From: a virus
Reading direction: 5' to 3' (one strand)
Length of the DNA stretch: 64,000 nt
Virus record (IMG/VR): IMGVR_UViG_3300044613_003659
Span: 43,597 to 107,596 of that record
Shown here: positions 47,911 to 59,495 of the stretch, piece by piece
Position numbering within the stretch: the stretch's first letter is position 1
Layout: every line of letters starts with the position of its first letter
Made by a program: the position numbers and the translations under genes
The notes under the pieces: generated by a model
Database searches by the model: none
What the model was told of the DNA's origin: nothing
Seen by the model: only the letters and a program-made list of their open reading frames with translations

Positions 47911-48684
47911 TCATTGTTGTACTTCGCAATCTATCCACTTTAAATTATTATACCAATCATAAACAACATTGCCTTTAGGCACAAGACAACGACCTAATTC
48001 GGGTTCTACTTCAATTCTCACTTGTACAACTGCCCATGTTAACCATATAAGGTATAAACTTACCACGGTTGCTATACCATATTTCCAGGCATGACATTTT
48101 AAATGTTCGATTCGTTTACGTCGTTTTTCTGCTGCAATTTTGTCTTCTTTTCTTTTTTTAGCCCAGGCCACTGCCTGTTCTTTTTTCATTTTCTCCATCA
48201 TGGCGTAAACACGAGTGTACAAGTCTCCCAGTTCAGGAGGACAATTATACACCATCAATTCACGCAATTCGGCTTCCATAGCAAGCAGCCTGCTTTGCAT
48301 AAGAACTCTTTGCAATGCTCTTTTGCCTAAGCTGGTTTCACCTGTATAAACTTCTTTGGCATGCTTTTCTTCTTCTTCAAATATAGCAGTACACTTTGCA
48401 AAGTTTTCAAAATACACCCCTAGCTCTTCACCAATTGTAGTGTAGATATCGTTGGGCTGTTTTTTGCTTAATTCTAATACACGGTTTTTTTCTTGGATGA
48501 ACTGATTTTTCTCAGCTACGCTTGGAGGATTATCTTTGTGTCGTAGGTTAAACTGTTCTTCTAGGTCTTTGAGAACACCTTTAACATCGCCTGCTGCACC
48601 GGCTATTTCTTTGTATAACTCGCAGCCTTTTTTAACAGCTTGTACAGCACCATTCGCTAGAGCAAATAGTGTTAATGGATCCAT
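47911..48684 (-). CDS. Coiled-coil membrane protein
   Basis: MDPLTLFALANGAVQAVKKG; TM segment near the C-terminus. Confidence 0.7.
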   Translation of the reverse strand: MDPLTLFALANGAVQAVKKGCELYKEIAGAAGDVKGVLKDLEEQFNLRHKDNPPSVAEKNQFIQEKNRVLELSKKQPNDIYTTIGEELGVYFENFAKCTAIFEEEEKHAKEVYTGETSLGKRALQRVLMQSRLLAMEAELRELMVYNCPPELGDLYTRVYAMMEKMKKEQAVAWAKKRKEDKIAAEKRRKRIEHLKCHAWKYGIATVVSLYLIWLTWAVVQVRIEVEPELGRCLVPKGNVVYDWYNNLKWIDCEVQQ

Positions 48685-48829
48685 AGCCCTGACCCATCAC
48701 TAGTACAGCTCGTTACTGCCAATTGGTTCAATTTTTAATTCCGTTGTTTTTTTTATTGAAGAACCAATACTAATCGAACTTAGTAGTACTTACCATACTA
48801 AGCAAGAAAAAACTACTACTAGATAACTG

Positions 48830-48904
48830 CTACATTCTATGTGGAGGGGTTACCGGAGTAGGATTAGGTGGATTACGTGGTGGACGATGTGCAAACCAAC
48901 TCAT
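48830..48904 (-). CDS. 24-aa proline-rich peptide MSWFAHRPPRNPPNPTPVTPPHRM
   Basis: AAGGAA SD; codon use like neighbouring genes; not in the ORF track. Confidence 0.55.
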   Translation of the reverse strand: MSWFAHRPPRNPPNPTPVTPPHRM

Positions 48905-48948
48905 GATTTTTTCCTTAAAAAGTCACAAAAAAACCTGGAATTTCCAGG

Positions 48949-49290
48949 TTATTTGTATATAATTCTTGTTCCGACACCAATACCTTTTTTAAGCACACTG
49001 TCATCGGGTATATAAATTCGTTTGCCTACACCAACCATACAATATTCATCAGTGTTTAAATCATGAATAAACCAGCTGGTAGTTTCTGTTTCAAAATTAG
49101 CATAGACTAAATTTACAGTTTGTTCATTTGGTGCCTGAGTAGCCATAATCAGTTTTTCGCCGTATCGTTCCATGGTCGCTTCAACATCTTCAAAACTACC
49201 GCACATCATTTGAATTTTTCTAGGTTTTGGTTCGGCTGTAGCTGCCGTGGCTAGAGTGGCCAGTAAGATGGCAGCTAAAAATTTATTCAT
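48949..49290 (-). CDS. Secreted hypothetical protein
   Basis: Signal peptide MNKFLAAILLATLATAATA. Confidence 0.65.
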   Translation of the reverse strand: MNKFLAAILLATLATAATAEPKPRKIQMMCGSFEDVEATMERYGEKLIMATQAPNEQTVNLVYANFETETTSWFIHDLNTDEYCMVGVGKRIYIPDDSVLKKGIGVGTRIIYK

Positions 49291-49332
49291 ATTGTATATA
49301 TCATTGTGTTGCACAATGATAAAATACCAATA

Positions 49333-49650
49333 TTATTGATCTTCTTTATAATCGAATCTACCGCAAACTATGTCGTAAAATTCGTCTAATTCGCCGCCCC
49401 ATTTACCTTTTAGGTAGGGTCGTAGATCATAACACAGTTTAGCATTTTTTTCTTTATTGGCCTGGACAAATTGATCATGTAATTTTTTCCAATGATCTAA
49501 TTTAGTAACTTCGTCCATTGTAATTTTATCACCAGGAACTACACAAAAAGTTTCTAATATGTCCTCGCCTACTAGATGTGTTTCTAGTTCCAGCACCACA
49601 TATTTTTCTGACAGTTCTTCTGCCACTTTTCTATTGAAAATTATGTCCAT
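49333..49650 (-). CDS. Hypothetical protein
   Basis: KYVVLELET...GKWGGELDEFY. Confidence 0.65.
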   Translation of the reverse strand: MDIIFNRKVAEELSEKYVVLELETHLVGEDILETFCVVPGDKITMDEVTKLDHWKKLHDQFVQANKEKNAKLCYDLRPYLKGKWGGELDEFYDIVCGRFDYKEDQ

Positions 49651-50186
49651 TCTTTTTTCTTTATCCCCACTGACTTGTATATATCTTGCACAGCACGGGC
49701 TTGATAATAACAATCAATTAATGCGTTATGAGCACCATGCCTATCTTTCTTTCTAGGATCTCCGTGAACAGCAAACAATGTACGGCTGTCTCTAATTTGC
49801 CAAAACTGCCATGGCGTAGGTCGACCTACTTGCCTGTAAAGATCTTCTAATATTACAATATCAAAAGCAGGACCTTGGCACCAAATGTTATCAACGCCAA
49901 CTAAAAATTTATTTAATTGGTCAAGCATTTGGTTAATGCTTATGCGACCCATCATTCCCATAGCTTCTTCACGAACTTCTTCAGTCTGTGTTCCCCACCA
50001 TGCTACAGTTTCGTCTTGTACATGTCTGTCCATGGCCAATTGTTCATCAACATCCGGGCGAATATACAATCCAGATTCAGTGTCAACATCAGAATCCCAA
50101 GGACTAAATTTGATTGCGCCTAGAGTGAGAATAACCGACCACGGACGAGTGCTAAGTGTTTCAATGTCGAGCATGACATCCATCAT
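49641..50186 (-). CDS. DEDDh 3'-5' exonuclease
   Basis: MLDIETL, FDIVIL and HNALID motifs. Confidence 0.88.
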   Translation of the reverse strand: MMDVMLDIETLSTRPWSVILTLGAIKFSPWDSDVDTESGLYIRPDVDEQLAMDRHVQDETVAWWGTQTEEVREEAMGMMGRISINQMLDQLNKFLVGVDNIWCQGPAFDIVILEDLYRQVGRPTPWQFWQIRDSRTLFAVHGDPRKKDRHGAHNALIDCYYQARAVQDIYKSVGIKKKEWT

Positions 50187-50659
50187 TGACTCCTAAGTGC
50201 TCGATCTGCTTCAGCTGCTGCTACACGACGACGTAAACTACTTGAACTAAAAGAATGATCGCGACTGTTAAAGACTAACTGAATATTTCTAGCAAAACAT
50301 TCATTATCTCCAGTAAAAGGATTGTTGGCATATTCTACACCAAGTATACGAACATCCAATGGAAGAATAAGCAGTAAATCTACGAGATCTTGTTCAGTTT
50401 GATACACAACCACTTCATCCACGTAACGGCATGCCGCCAGTTGTATTTGTCTTTCAACAATGCTTTGTACCGGAGGGTTCTTGGTGCCCGGCCGGTCAAT
50501 CGTAGGGTCTGTTTGAAGTCCGGCAATAAGATAATCGCAGTGATTTTTAGCCTCTGCCAACATTGCCACATGCCCTGCATGAAATAAGTCAAAAGTGGAG
50601 AAGGTGATTCCAATCTTAAGTCCTTTGTCCTTAAGTTCACGAATTTTATTGAATATCAT
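50183..50659 (-). CDS. Cytidylyltransferase (TagD-like)
   Basis: FDLFHAGH...SSSSLR. Confidence 0.88.
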   Translation of the reverse strand: MIFNKIRELKDKGLKIGITFSTFDLFHAGHVAMLAEAKNHCDYLIAGLQTDPTIDRPGTKNPPVQSIVERQIQLAACRYVDEVVVYQTEQDLVDLLLILPLDVRILGVEYANNPFTGDNECFARNIQLVFNSRDHSFSSSSLRRRVAAAEADRALRSQ

Positions 50660-50971
50660 TTATGTAGCTGGTTCTAATTTAACGTTGAGTGGAAAACCAT
50701 TGTTGCGAGCAAGTAGAGTTGCTTCTACACCTTTTTGTTCAGCAATTTCGTAAGGTAAGGTACTTACAACACTAGATCCTTCTTCGTGAATTTTCATCGT
50801 GATTTGTGTAGCAGTTTCTTCAGTGTGATGAAAAATGTTTTTTAATGTTTCAATAACAAATTCCATAGTAGTCACACTATCATTTAAGTAAATTACATTA
50901 AACAAACTAGGTGGCTGTACGCTTGTTTTAACTTGAATTTTTGGTTTAACTACAATATCTGTTTTGCTCAT
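50660..50971 (-). CDS. clpS: ClpAP adaptor ClpS
   Basis: VIYLNDSVTTMEFV...IHEEG...EIAEQK...FPL. Confidence 0.92.
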   Translation of the reverse strand: MSKTDIVVKPKIQVKTSVQPPSLFNVIYLNDSVTTMEFVIETLKNIFHHTEETATQITMKIHEEGSSVVSTLPYEIAEQKGVEATLLARNNGFPLNVKLEPAT

Positions 50972-51022
50972 AATTTTGTAGGTTTGAGCAGGGGGGTGGA
51001 TGCCCCCTACTTGTTTATTATA

Positions 51023-51460
51023 TTACTTAGCAAAAGTAATAGCAATCTTCTTGGCTTTTTGTTCTTCTGGAACAATATGTTCTAAACTTACAGCCAAAAT
51101 ACCATTAACAACTGTAGCACCTTTTACTTCGACATTATCTGCTAGAGTAAAATGGCGAGTGAAATTACGAGCACTTATACCCCGATGGAGATATTCATAT
51201 TCGTCTTTTTGTTTTTGTTCGCCTTTAATCGTTAATACATTTTCTTTGTATTCAATATCCAGTTCTTCTTGCGTAAACCCTGCTACCGCAAGTTGAATAG
51301 CATAATGATTTTCGTCAATACGAACAATGTTATGCGGAGGATAGTTTTCGGCCTTACTGTTTGCAAAAGTTCGACCCAGTTCATTAAAGAGTTTATCAAA
51401 TCCTACAGCATGACGATGTAGAGTAGGTAAATCAAAAGTACTAATTGTATATGTTGTCAT
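51023..51460 (-). CDS. Small heat-shock protein (Hsp20/IbpA family)
   Basis: NYPPHNI, LAVAGF and YLHRGISARNF motifs; SD supports start 51460. Confidence 0.93.
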   Translation of the reverse strand: MTTYTISTFDLPTLHRHAVGFDKLFNELGRTFANSKAENYPPHNIVRIDENHYAIQLAVAGFTQEELDIEYKENVLTIKGEQKQKDEYEYLHRGISARNFTRHFTLADNVEVKGATVVNGILAVSLEHIVPEEQKAKKIAITFAK

Positions 51461-51533
51461 AATATTTTCTCCTTTCATTAAGCAAGTTATGACATATATG
51501 AAGGTAGACCCCGATGGCATCTACCCTGCATAT
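51461..51533 (-). promoter_or_regulatory. ROSE-like RNA thermometer (hsp20)
   Basis: GGTAGATGCC-ATC-GGGGTCTACC hairpin, then CTTGCTT opposite AAGGAG. Confidence 0.7.
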
Positions 51534-51536
51534 TCT

Positions 51537-53420
51537 TTACTTCTTTTCTGTGAATTCAGCATCAACTACATTATCGTTTGATTCCGCGTTTACAGATTCT
51601 TCTGTTGTTTTTTGCTTTACTTCTTGTATTACACTTGAAGCTACAAACAGTTCACTTAACTTAGAAGTAATAGCTTCTTGATCTGTTCCGGCAACTACTT
51701 TTTCCAGTTCTGCAATGGTATCATTGATTTTATTAGTTTGATCCTCCGATAGCTTGCCTTCTACTTCTTTAAGATCAGTGCGGACCTGATGGATAACTGA
51801 ATCTGCTTGATTACGTGTTTCAATTAATTCACGCTGCTTTTTGTCTGCATCTGCGTTAGTTTCAGCATCGCGAATCATTTCCTCAATCTGTTCTTTACTT
51901 AAACCACTATCACTTTTAATTGTAATCTTGTTTTCTTTGCCAGTCTTTTTGTCTTTTGCACTTACCTTGAGAATACCGTTAGCGTCTACATCTAGCGTAA
52001 CTTCAATTTGTGGCATACCTCTTGGTGCAGGATCAATGCCTTCTAGATTAAATTCGCCTAACAATTTATTATGTTGAACTAGTTCACGCTCGCCTTGATA
52101 GACTTTGATTGTTACAGCTGGTTGATTATCTTCGGCTGTAGAGAACACCTGACTGTTCTTAGTAGGAATAGTTGTATTTTTTTGAATCAGTTTTGTCATT
52201 ACTCCGCCCATGGTTTCAATACCTAGGCTTAGTGGAGTGACATCAAGTAGTAGCACGTCTTTACGTTCGCCACCAAGTACAGCACCTTGTACTGCTGCGC
52301 CTACAGCCACAGCTTCATCAGGATTGACATCTCGACGAGGTGCCCGGCCAAACAATTGTTCAACTGCTTCTTGAACTTTTGGCATGCGTGTCTGTCCGCC
52401 AACTAGAATAACTTCATCAATATCTGCAGCAGTCACACCAGCATCACGCATGGCAACTCGGCACGGTTCTATTGAGCGTTGAATCAAATCTTCTACTAGG
52501 CTTTCAAATTTTGCACGAGTAATTTTTAGATTTAAATGTTTTGGGCCTGTGGCATCGGCTGTAATATAAGGCAAATTAACATCTGTTTGGGTGCTATTGG
52601 AAAGTTCTATTTTTGTTTTTTCAGCTGCTTCTTTTAGTCGCTGTAGTGCCATAACATCTTTGGCTAGATCTACACCGCTTTCTTTCTTGAATTCGGTAAT
52701 TAAGTAATCCATCAGTCTTTGATCAAAATCTTCGCCACCTAAAAAGGTATCGCCGTTGGTGCTAAGTACTTCGAATTGTTTATCACCATCCACATTAGCG
52801 ATGTCAATAATAGAAATATCAAAGGTACCACCACCAAGATCATAAACAGCAATTTTACGATCCGTCTTTTCATTTTTATCTACTCCATAAGCCAAAGCCG
52901 CTGCGGTCGGCTCATTGATAATGCGCAGAACTTCTAAGCCTGCGATAGCACCTGCGTCTTTGGTAGCTTGGCGCTGACTATCGTTAAAATATGCAGGTAC
53001 AGTGATTACTGCTCGTGTAACTTCGTGTCCTAGATAATCCTCAGCAGTTTTTTTCATTTTACGTAAGACTTCTGCCGAGATTTGTGGAGGCGCCAATTCT
53101 TTATCGTTAGCTTTTACCCATGCGTCGCCATTTTTACTTTCAAAAATGGTATAAGGCATGAGGTCAATATCTTTTTGAACTGCTTGTTCTTGGAATTTAC
53201 GACCAATTAGTCGTTTACTAGCATAGATAGTGTTTTTGGGATTAGTTACAGCCTGGCGTTTGGCACTAGCTCCAACTAGAATTTCGTCTGAGGTGTATGC
53301 GACAATAGAAGGAGTTGTTCTTGCACCTTCTGAATTTTCAATAACTTTTGGGGTTCCGTTTTCTACAATTGCAACACAACTGTTAGTTGTGCCAAGATCA
53401 ATACCAATAATTGTGCTCAT
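51537..53420 (-). CDS. dnaK: Hsp70 chaperone DnaK
   Basis: [17 protein letters not shown] and [13 protein letters not shown] motifs. Confidence 0.98.
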   Translation of the reverse strand: MSTIIGIDLGTTNSCVAIVENGTPKVIENSEGARTTPSIVAYTSDEILVGASAKRQAVTNPKNTIYASKRLIGRKFQEQAVQKDIDLMPYTIFESKNGDAWVKANDKELAPPQISAEVLRKMKKTAEDYLGHEVTRAVITVPAYFNDSQRQATKDAGAIAGLEVLRIINEPTAAALAYGVDKNEKTDRKIAVYDLGGGTFDISIIDIANVDGDKQFEVLSTNGDTFLGGEDFDQRLMDYLITEFKKESGVDLAKDVMALQRLKEAAEKTKIELSNSTQTDVNLPYITADATGPKHLNLKITRAKFESLVEDLIQRSIEPCRVAMRDAGVTAADIDEVILVGGQTRMPKVQEAVEQLFGRAPRRDVNPDEAVAVGAAVQGAVLGGERKDVLLLDVTPLSLGIETMGGVMTKLIQKNTTIPTKNSQVFSTAEDNQPAVTIKVYQGERELVQHNKLLGEFNLEGIDPAPRGMPQIEVTLDVDANGILKVSAKDKKTGKENKITIKSDSGLSKEQIEEMIRDAETNADADKKQRELIETRNQADSVIHQVRTDLKEVEGKLSEDQTNKINDTIAELEKVVAGTDQEAITSKLSELFVASSVIQEVKQKTTEESVNAESNDNVVDAEFTEKK

Positions 53421-53486
53421 TAATTGTTCTCCTTAAGTAAGCAAGCGAGTGTAGGACCCCTAAGGCGCCCTACACTTGTATTTATA
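53421..53486 (-). promoter_or_regulatory. TATAAATA late-type promoter plus ROSE-like UTR (dnaK)
   Basis: AGTGTAGGGCGCC-TTA-GGGGTCCTACACT, then CTTGCTT...AAGGAG. Confidence 0.7.
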
Positions 53487-53512
53487 CTACAAAATGCCTA
53501 AATAATCAACGA

Positions 53513-55150
<1,638 letters not shown>

Positions 55151-55157
55151 TTAAAAA

Positions 55158-55445
55158 TTATTCAACAATTGCCAACACATCATCTTCTTTCATGACGATA
55201 TGTTCTTGGTTATCTAGTTTAACACCAGTACCTGCGTACTTTCCGTACAGAACAGTATCTCCGGCTTTAACAACTAATGGCACAACAGTACCATTGTCCA
55301 AAAGTCGGCCAGTACCAGCTGCCACCACAAAACCACGACTGGGTTTTTCTTGAGCATTGTCTGGGATTACGATTCCTGATTTTGTTCTTGTATCTTCTTC
55401 GATTGGACGGACCAAAATACGGTCGCGGATTGGATTTAGCTTCAT
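55158..55445 (-). CDS. groES: Co-chaperonin GroES
   Basis: MKLNPIRDRILV...TKSGIVIPD...KYAG. Confidence 0.96.
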   Translation of the reverse strand: MKLNPIRDRILVRPIEEDTRTKSGIVIPDNAQEKPSRGFVVAAGTGRLLDNGTVVPLVVKAGDTVLYGKYAGTGVKLDNQEHIVMKEDDVLAIVE

Positions 55446-55510
55446 AGTTTCTCCTTTAAAAAGCAAGTTAAATAAAAATGGACCCATTACGGCGTCCATG
55501 TTTATTTATA
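55446..55510 (-). promoter_or_regulatory. TATAAATA late-type promoter plus ROSE-like UTR (groES)
   Basis: ATGGACGCC-GTAAT-GGGTCCAT, then CTTGCTTT...AAAGGAG. Confidence 0.7.
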
Positions 55511-55557
55511 TTCTATTATAGCAATTATATTTGTATCTTTCTATTTTTTTGGTAAAA

Positions 55558-55791
55558 TTAGAAATATTTTTTTGGCAACTGTTCGTCAGATAATTTTTTA
55601 CGCCAACGACGGACAGCGGCGTTGTGAGCTTTCTTCCTACGTGTGGTAGGTTTTTCATAAGTTTCACGCTCGCGCAATTCTTGCAGTAAACCAGACTCTG
55701 CTACTTTCTTTTTAAATTTACGCAGAGCTTTTTCTACATTGTCGTTTGTAACTATGACTAGATTACCATTAAACTTAAGTTTTTCATTCAT
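55558..55791 (-). CDS. rpsU: Ribosomal protein bS21
   Basis: [13 protein letters not shown]...[16 protein letters not shown]. Confidence 0.92.
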   Translation of the reverse strand: MNEKLKFNGNLVIVTNDNVEKALRKFKKKVAESGLLQELRERETYEKPTTRRKKAHNAAVRRWRKKLSDEQLPKKYF

Positions 55792-55795
55792 AGAA

Positions 55796-56146
55796 TTATT
55801 TATCGTATTCTAATTGTTGAGCAAAATAGTGTATAGGATCATCTAAACGTTTTTTATTTTCTACTAAAATTTTAGGTCCGTAGTAATATGTTTTATCTAA
55901 TAACCATAAATCTTTATAGTCATCCGATCTAGTATTGACAATTATTGCATCACTAGTATTAACAGATTTAGCTAACCAATCCAAATTGTTCATGATTGGT
56001 GTATACACATAAATGTTATATGCCTTATCACTATGTTGACAAAATTTAATAATTGTATCTAATTCATTTTGTTCAGGATCAACTAAGGTAACAGAATGCA
56101 ATCCGTTTTTAATAATGTCAGGAGGGGTGACTAGATTACTATCCAC
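55796..56146 (-). CDS. Hypothetical protein
   Basis: 116-aa ORF coupled to the upstream gene. Confidence 0.6.
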   Translation of the reverse strand: MDSNLVTPPDIIKNGLHSVTLVDPEQNELDTIIKFCQHSDKAYNIYVYTPIMNNLDWLAKSVNTSDAIIVNTRSDDYKDLWLLDKTYYYGPKILVENKKRLDDPIHYFAQQLEYDK

Positions 56147-57776
56147 GTTTGCCTTTTAAAATTTCTTCAATTTGTTGTTCAACTTGTGCCTGTTCTGCAT
56201 CACTTAAATCTTCGATTTCGTATTCTCCGGCTTCTAACTTTTCAATCAAATGCTGTATGTAAGCTTGGTTGTAAGTATAACTATCAGTGGAGTTTTTGTC
56301 TACTTCAATCCACTTTTGTCCATTCCATTTAAACAAACGATCCGGTAGATAATCTGTTCTTATAAACATGTCGCCTTTCATAGGATCGTCCGGAAAACGT
56401 TCACCAAAACCGCATTGACTAGCTGCTTGCAGTTTATCATTATCTGCTTGTATAGCCATTGAAGGATATAACTTGTTAAATGCATCTAAATTATACACTT
56501 TGCCTTTATAACGCACAGCGTAGTCGTTGCCGCGTCTTATAGGTGTGTTGAATTCATCTACAGGCGGTGGCGACTCTACTTTAGATTCCTCTGTCGCGGT
56601 GTTAATGGAATCTGTTTGTTCATCCTCTGCAGATTTTTTAATTTGTTCAATTTGTTCATGTGTAAGTGGACCATCATCGGCTTCATACTGGGCTTTTTGA
56701 TGTTCATCAATTACACGGCTGGCCCACATCTCTTCATTTTCCAAGATAGGTATATTTAAATCTGGTTCTGGTTGTTCGATCTTGGCCACCTCGTTATTTG
56801 CTTGTTCGGCACGTTGTTGTTCATCTAATATATCTGCTGCTTGTGCTGCAAACTTTGCTTGTTCAAAAAAATCATCGGCCTCACGGTCTGGATTTGTTGG
56901 TTTATCTGTGCTATTTAATGCTGCAATTTCTTCCTCGGTCCAAGGTCGTTGTTCTACGCCTGGCGGATCAGGATTGATATTTTGTGCAGCTTCATCTTCG
57001 TGTACCCAGCCACCCTTGCCCTGTCTAGCCCATTCAAATTGTTTGTTGGCAGCAAGAATCAATGTCAAGGCAAGCGGATCAAAAACAACAACAATAAGTA
57101 TAATAACCCAACGTACAGCACGCTCAAGAATATTTTGATCGGGATTGTCGCCGTATATAAGAGCAGCAATATATTTGATAGGTCCAACTTCAGCCTCCAC
57201 CTTTCTCGCCTCAGCGGCTAATGGCGCTCGCTCGGCTTGTAATTGTTGTATGATTTTTTGACTTCGTGCTATTTCTGTTTGTAATGCAGCTCGTTCTTTG
57301 GCCTGTTGTTTACGAATAACCACTGCTCGTTCAGTGCCACGCTCGGTATCTGTTCTACCAAGCATTTGATCCACTTGGGCATTCATTTGCTCAAGTGCTC
57401 GTTTGGCCTGCGCTATGTTTTCTCTTTCAGTGGCAATCTTTTCATCGTATATGGCCACTTTACTTACTGCATCACCAGTTACTAAACTTTGATCTGAATG
57501 TGCCTTACTCAAGAAACCAAAGATACCCATACTGGTTAACAGCATTAGGAATACAATAGCAGGAATAAGGTAGGTTTTAAATGCCCAACCGGCTCGCTTC
57601 CAATTATTGTGTAGCCAAACTGTGGCAACCAATTTGCCAGCCTCTAGTGCGCCTCCCATGATAATAACAGGGATGACTGCTGCGCTGAAAATAGCAGTAA
57701 GGCCGGCGACCGAATACCAAGCAGCAATTGCCGAAATGGTAATAGCCACTAACATGATTAGTGATCCAAATAACAT
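56139..57776 (-). CDS. Multi-TM coiled-coil phage membrane protein
   Basis: Three N-terminal TM segments, coiled coil, EVGPIKYIA, VFDPLA, acidic tail. Confidence 0.75.
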   Translation of the reverse strand: MLFGSLIMLVAITISAIAAWYSVAGLTAIFSAAVIPVIIMGGALEAGKLVATVWLHNNWKRAGWAFKTYLIPAIVFLMLLTSMGIFGFLSKAHSDQSLVTGDAVSKVAIYDEKIATERENIAQAKRALEQMNAQVDQMLGRTDTERGTERAVVIRKQQAKERAALQTEIARSQKIIQQLQAERAPLAAEARKVEAEVGPIKYIAALIYGDNPDQNILERAVRWVIILIVVVFDPLALTLILAANKQFEWARQGKGGWVHEDEAAQNINPDPPGVEQRPWTEEEIAALNSTDKPTNPDREADDFFEQAKFAAQAADILDEQQRAEQANNEVAKIEQPEPDLNIPILENEEMWASRVIDEHQKAQYEADDGPLTHEQIEQIKKSAEDEQTDSINTATEESKVESPPPVDEFNTPIRRGNDYAVRYKGKVYNLDAFNKLYPSMAIQADNDKLQAASQCGFGERFPDDPMKGDMFIRTDYLPDRLFKWNGQKWIEVDKNSTDSYTYNQAYIQHLIEKLEAGEYEIEDLSDAEQAQVEQQIEEILKGKRG

Positions 57777-57842
57777 AGAGTGTATTTATAGAATAGTAGA
57801 TTAAGAATACTAGAGTGTTATTGAGTTGTCAACTGTTTTGAT

Positions 57843-59492
57843 TTAATCTTCTGACCAAACCAATGCTACGGTACATTGCGTAATACCATTTGTGCTTCGT
57901 ACTGCTACGCTAACCTGACTGCCAGGAGGAATGGTTATTCTATAAGGACTCAAATCTATATTCACAGTTCCATTGATAGCATTCAATCCGTTATAAACTG
58001 GAGTATCTACAGCAAGATCCAATGTGCCTGTGGCTGAACTATACACTTCGTTGGCCGAAGGAATATTAAAATACAAGTGTGTGCCCGAAAAACTGGTAGG
58101 ATCAAAAAACAAAAACACTTGTGACGGATCGGTTGCCTGTACTGAAACACTTAAACTTTTCACAATGGCTTCTTTGACATTGATTATGTAATTGCCATTG
58201 TTGGCACCAGCAAGCCCATTTGTAACCACACTGTTCTTGATAGTCATCACATGGTGTGTGACATTTTGTGCCAAGCTGGCTTTTGAAACACTGTGACTGC
58301 GAGTAAGCTCGTTTTGGAATATGGTACCTTCTACTGCACCGTATATACTACCACCTGTGATGGCAAGATTGCTGGTATTGGTTGTGTTGTAGGCCGCATA
58401 AGTTATCTTGAAACTGGGGTTGGCAATGTGTGGCACTGTGTACTGATTGACATAATGTTCTCTATGCACATACACCAAGGATCCAGATGCTTGATCTTCC
58501 ACTGCATAACTGATAGCACCTGCTCCTAACCATCTTAATGCAATTTGATACACATTCAATTTGGTGGGATCCAAAAGCATGCCGCTGGGATTGGTAGTGA
58601 TAGTGTTGCTGCCGTCCAGTTTATCCACATTCCAATCTTCTTGGTAGGTCCAGTAATTGGTTTGTGCCACGCCCTGTTGTTTTAGCGTAAATGTTGCCTG
58701 AGCATTGCCTGTGCTGGTAAACGAGAATGTGCCGTTCATTGGACCTAATGTGGGTGCCAACCATAGCATGGCGCCATCTGTCTGTTGAAACAACCAGCCG
58801 CCATATCCACCCACACGATTAGTAATGGTTTGTACAGCTATGTCCGATGAAGTGTTTCCTAATACTACTGTATAAGATACGCCATCCAATGTAATTGTAG
58901 CAGTTTGTGTGGCATTTGGTGCTACTGTCATGGTCATTAGGTAAATTGTGGCTTTGCCGCCAGTGGCTCGAACAATACCAAACTTGTCGCCGTCGAAACC
59001 AAATGCCAAGCGATTTTCTTGATTGTTCAGTCCTACAAATTGCAGACTACCTGCTACACCTTGTGTGAAGGCTGCTGTGAATCTTGTGACTATACCTTGC
59101 CCGGGTCTGTAACGCATGAATCGTTTTGAACGCAGTACACCATATCCACCTTGCGTGGTACCGGTGGTGACTTTGAACATTTGATTCGACGAGCCTGCTG
59201 TTGACCCTGTACCGTTTGTATATGTTTGTATAACATCAGTGGTAGTGCCGTAGATACCATCCAGTTGTATAACTGCTGTGGGACTGATTGCAAGTGGCTC
59301 ACCAAATGCCGACACCTGACCGGCAATACTAGGAGCACTCAATTTAGCAGCCACACGAATCTGCGGCTTGCCAGCCAAGTCATATTCCATGGCACGGTGT
59401 AGATCTAGTAGATTGGTTTCTTGTGGATGTTCGTAGTTTGTGGTATTCTGGCGTTTATCGCCTCGTCCGGCGCTGGGTTTTACATAGGCCAT
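57843..59492 (-). CDS. Beta-rich hypothetical protein, probably virion-associated
   Basis: RYRPGQG...WLGAG; Thr/Gly/Ser-rich. Confidence 0.65.
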   Translation of the reverse strand: MAYVKPSAGRGDKRQNTTNYEHPQETNLLDLHRAMEYDLAGKPQIRVAAKLSAPSIAGQVSAFGEPLAISPTAVIQLDGIYGTTTDVIQTYTNGTGSTAGSSNQMFKVTTGTTQGGYGVLRSKRFMRYRPGQGIVTRFTAAFTQGVAGSLQFVGLNNQENRLAFGFDGDKFGIVRATGGKATIYLMTMTVAPNATQTATITLDGVSYTVVLGNTSSDIAVQTITNRVGGYGGWLFQQTDGAMLWLAPTLGPMNGTFSFTSTGNAQATFTLKQQGVAQTNYWTYQEDWNVDKLDGSNTITTNPSGMLLDPTKLNVYQIALRWLGAGAISYAVEDQASGSLVYVHREHYVNQYTVPHIANPSFKITYAAYNTTNTSNLAITGGSIYGAVEGTIFQNELTRSHSVSKASLAQNVTHHVMTIKNSVVTNGLAGANNGNYIINVKEAIVKSLSVSVQATDPSQVFLFFDPTSFSGTHLYFNIPSANEVYSSATGTLDLAVDTPVYNGLNAINGTVNIDLSPYRITIPPGSQVSVAVRSTNGITQCTVALVWSED

Positions 59493-59495
59493 TGA

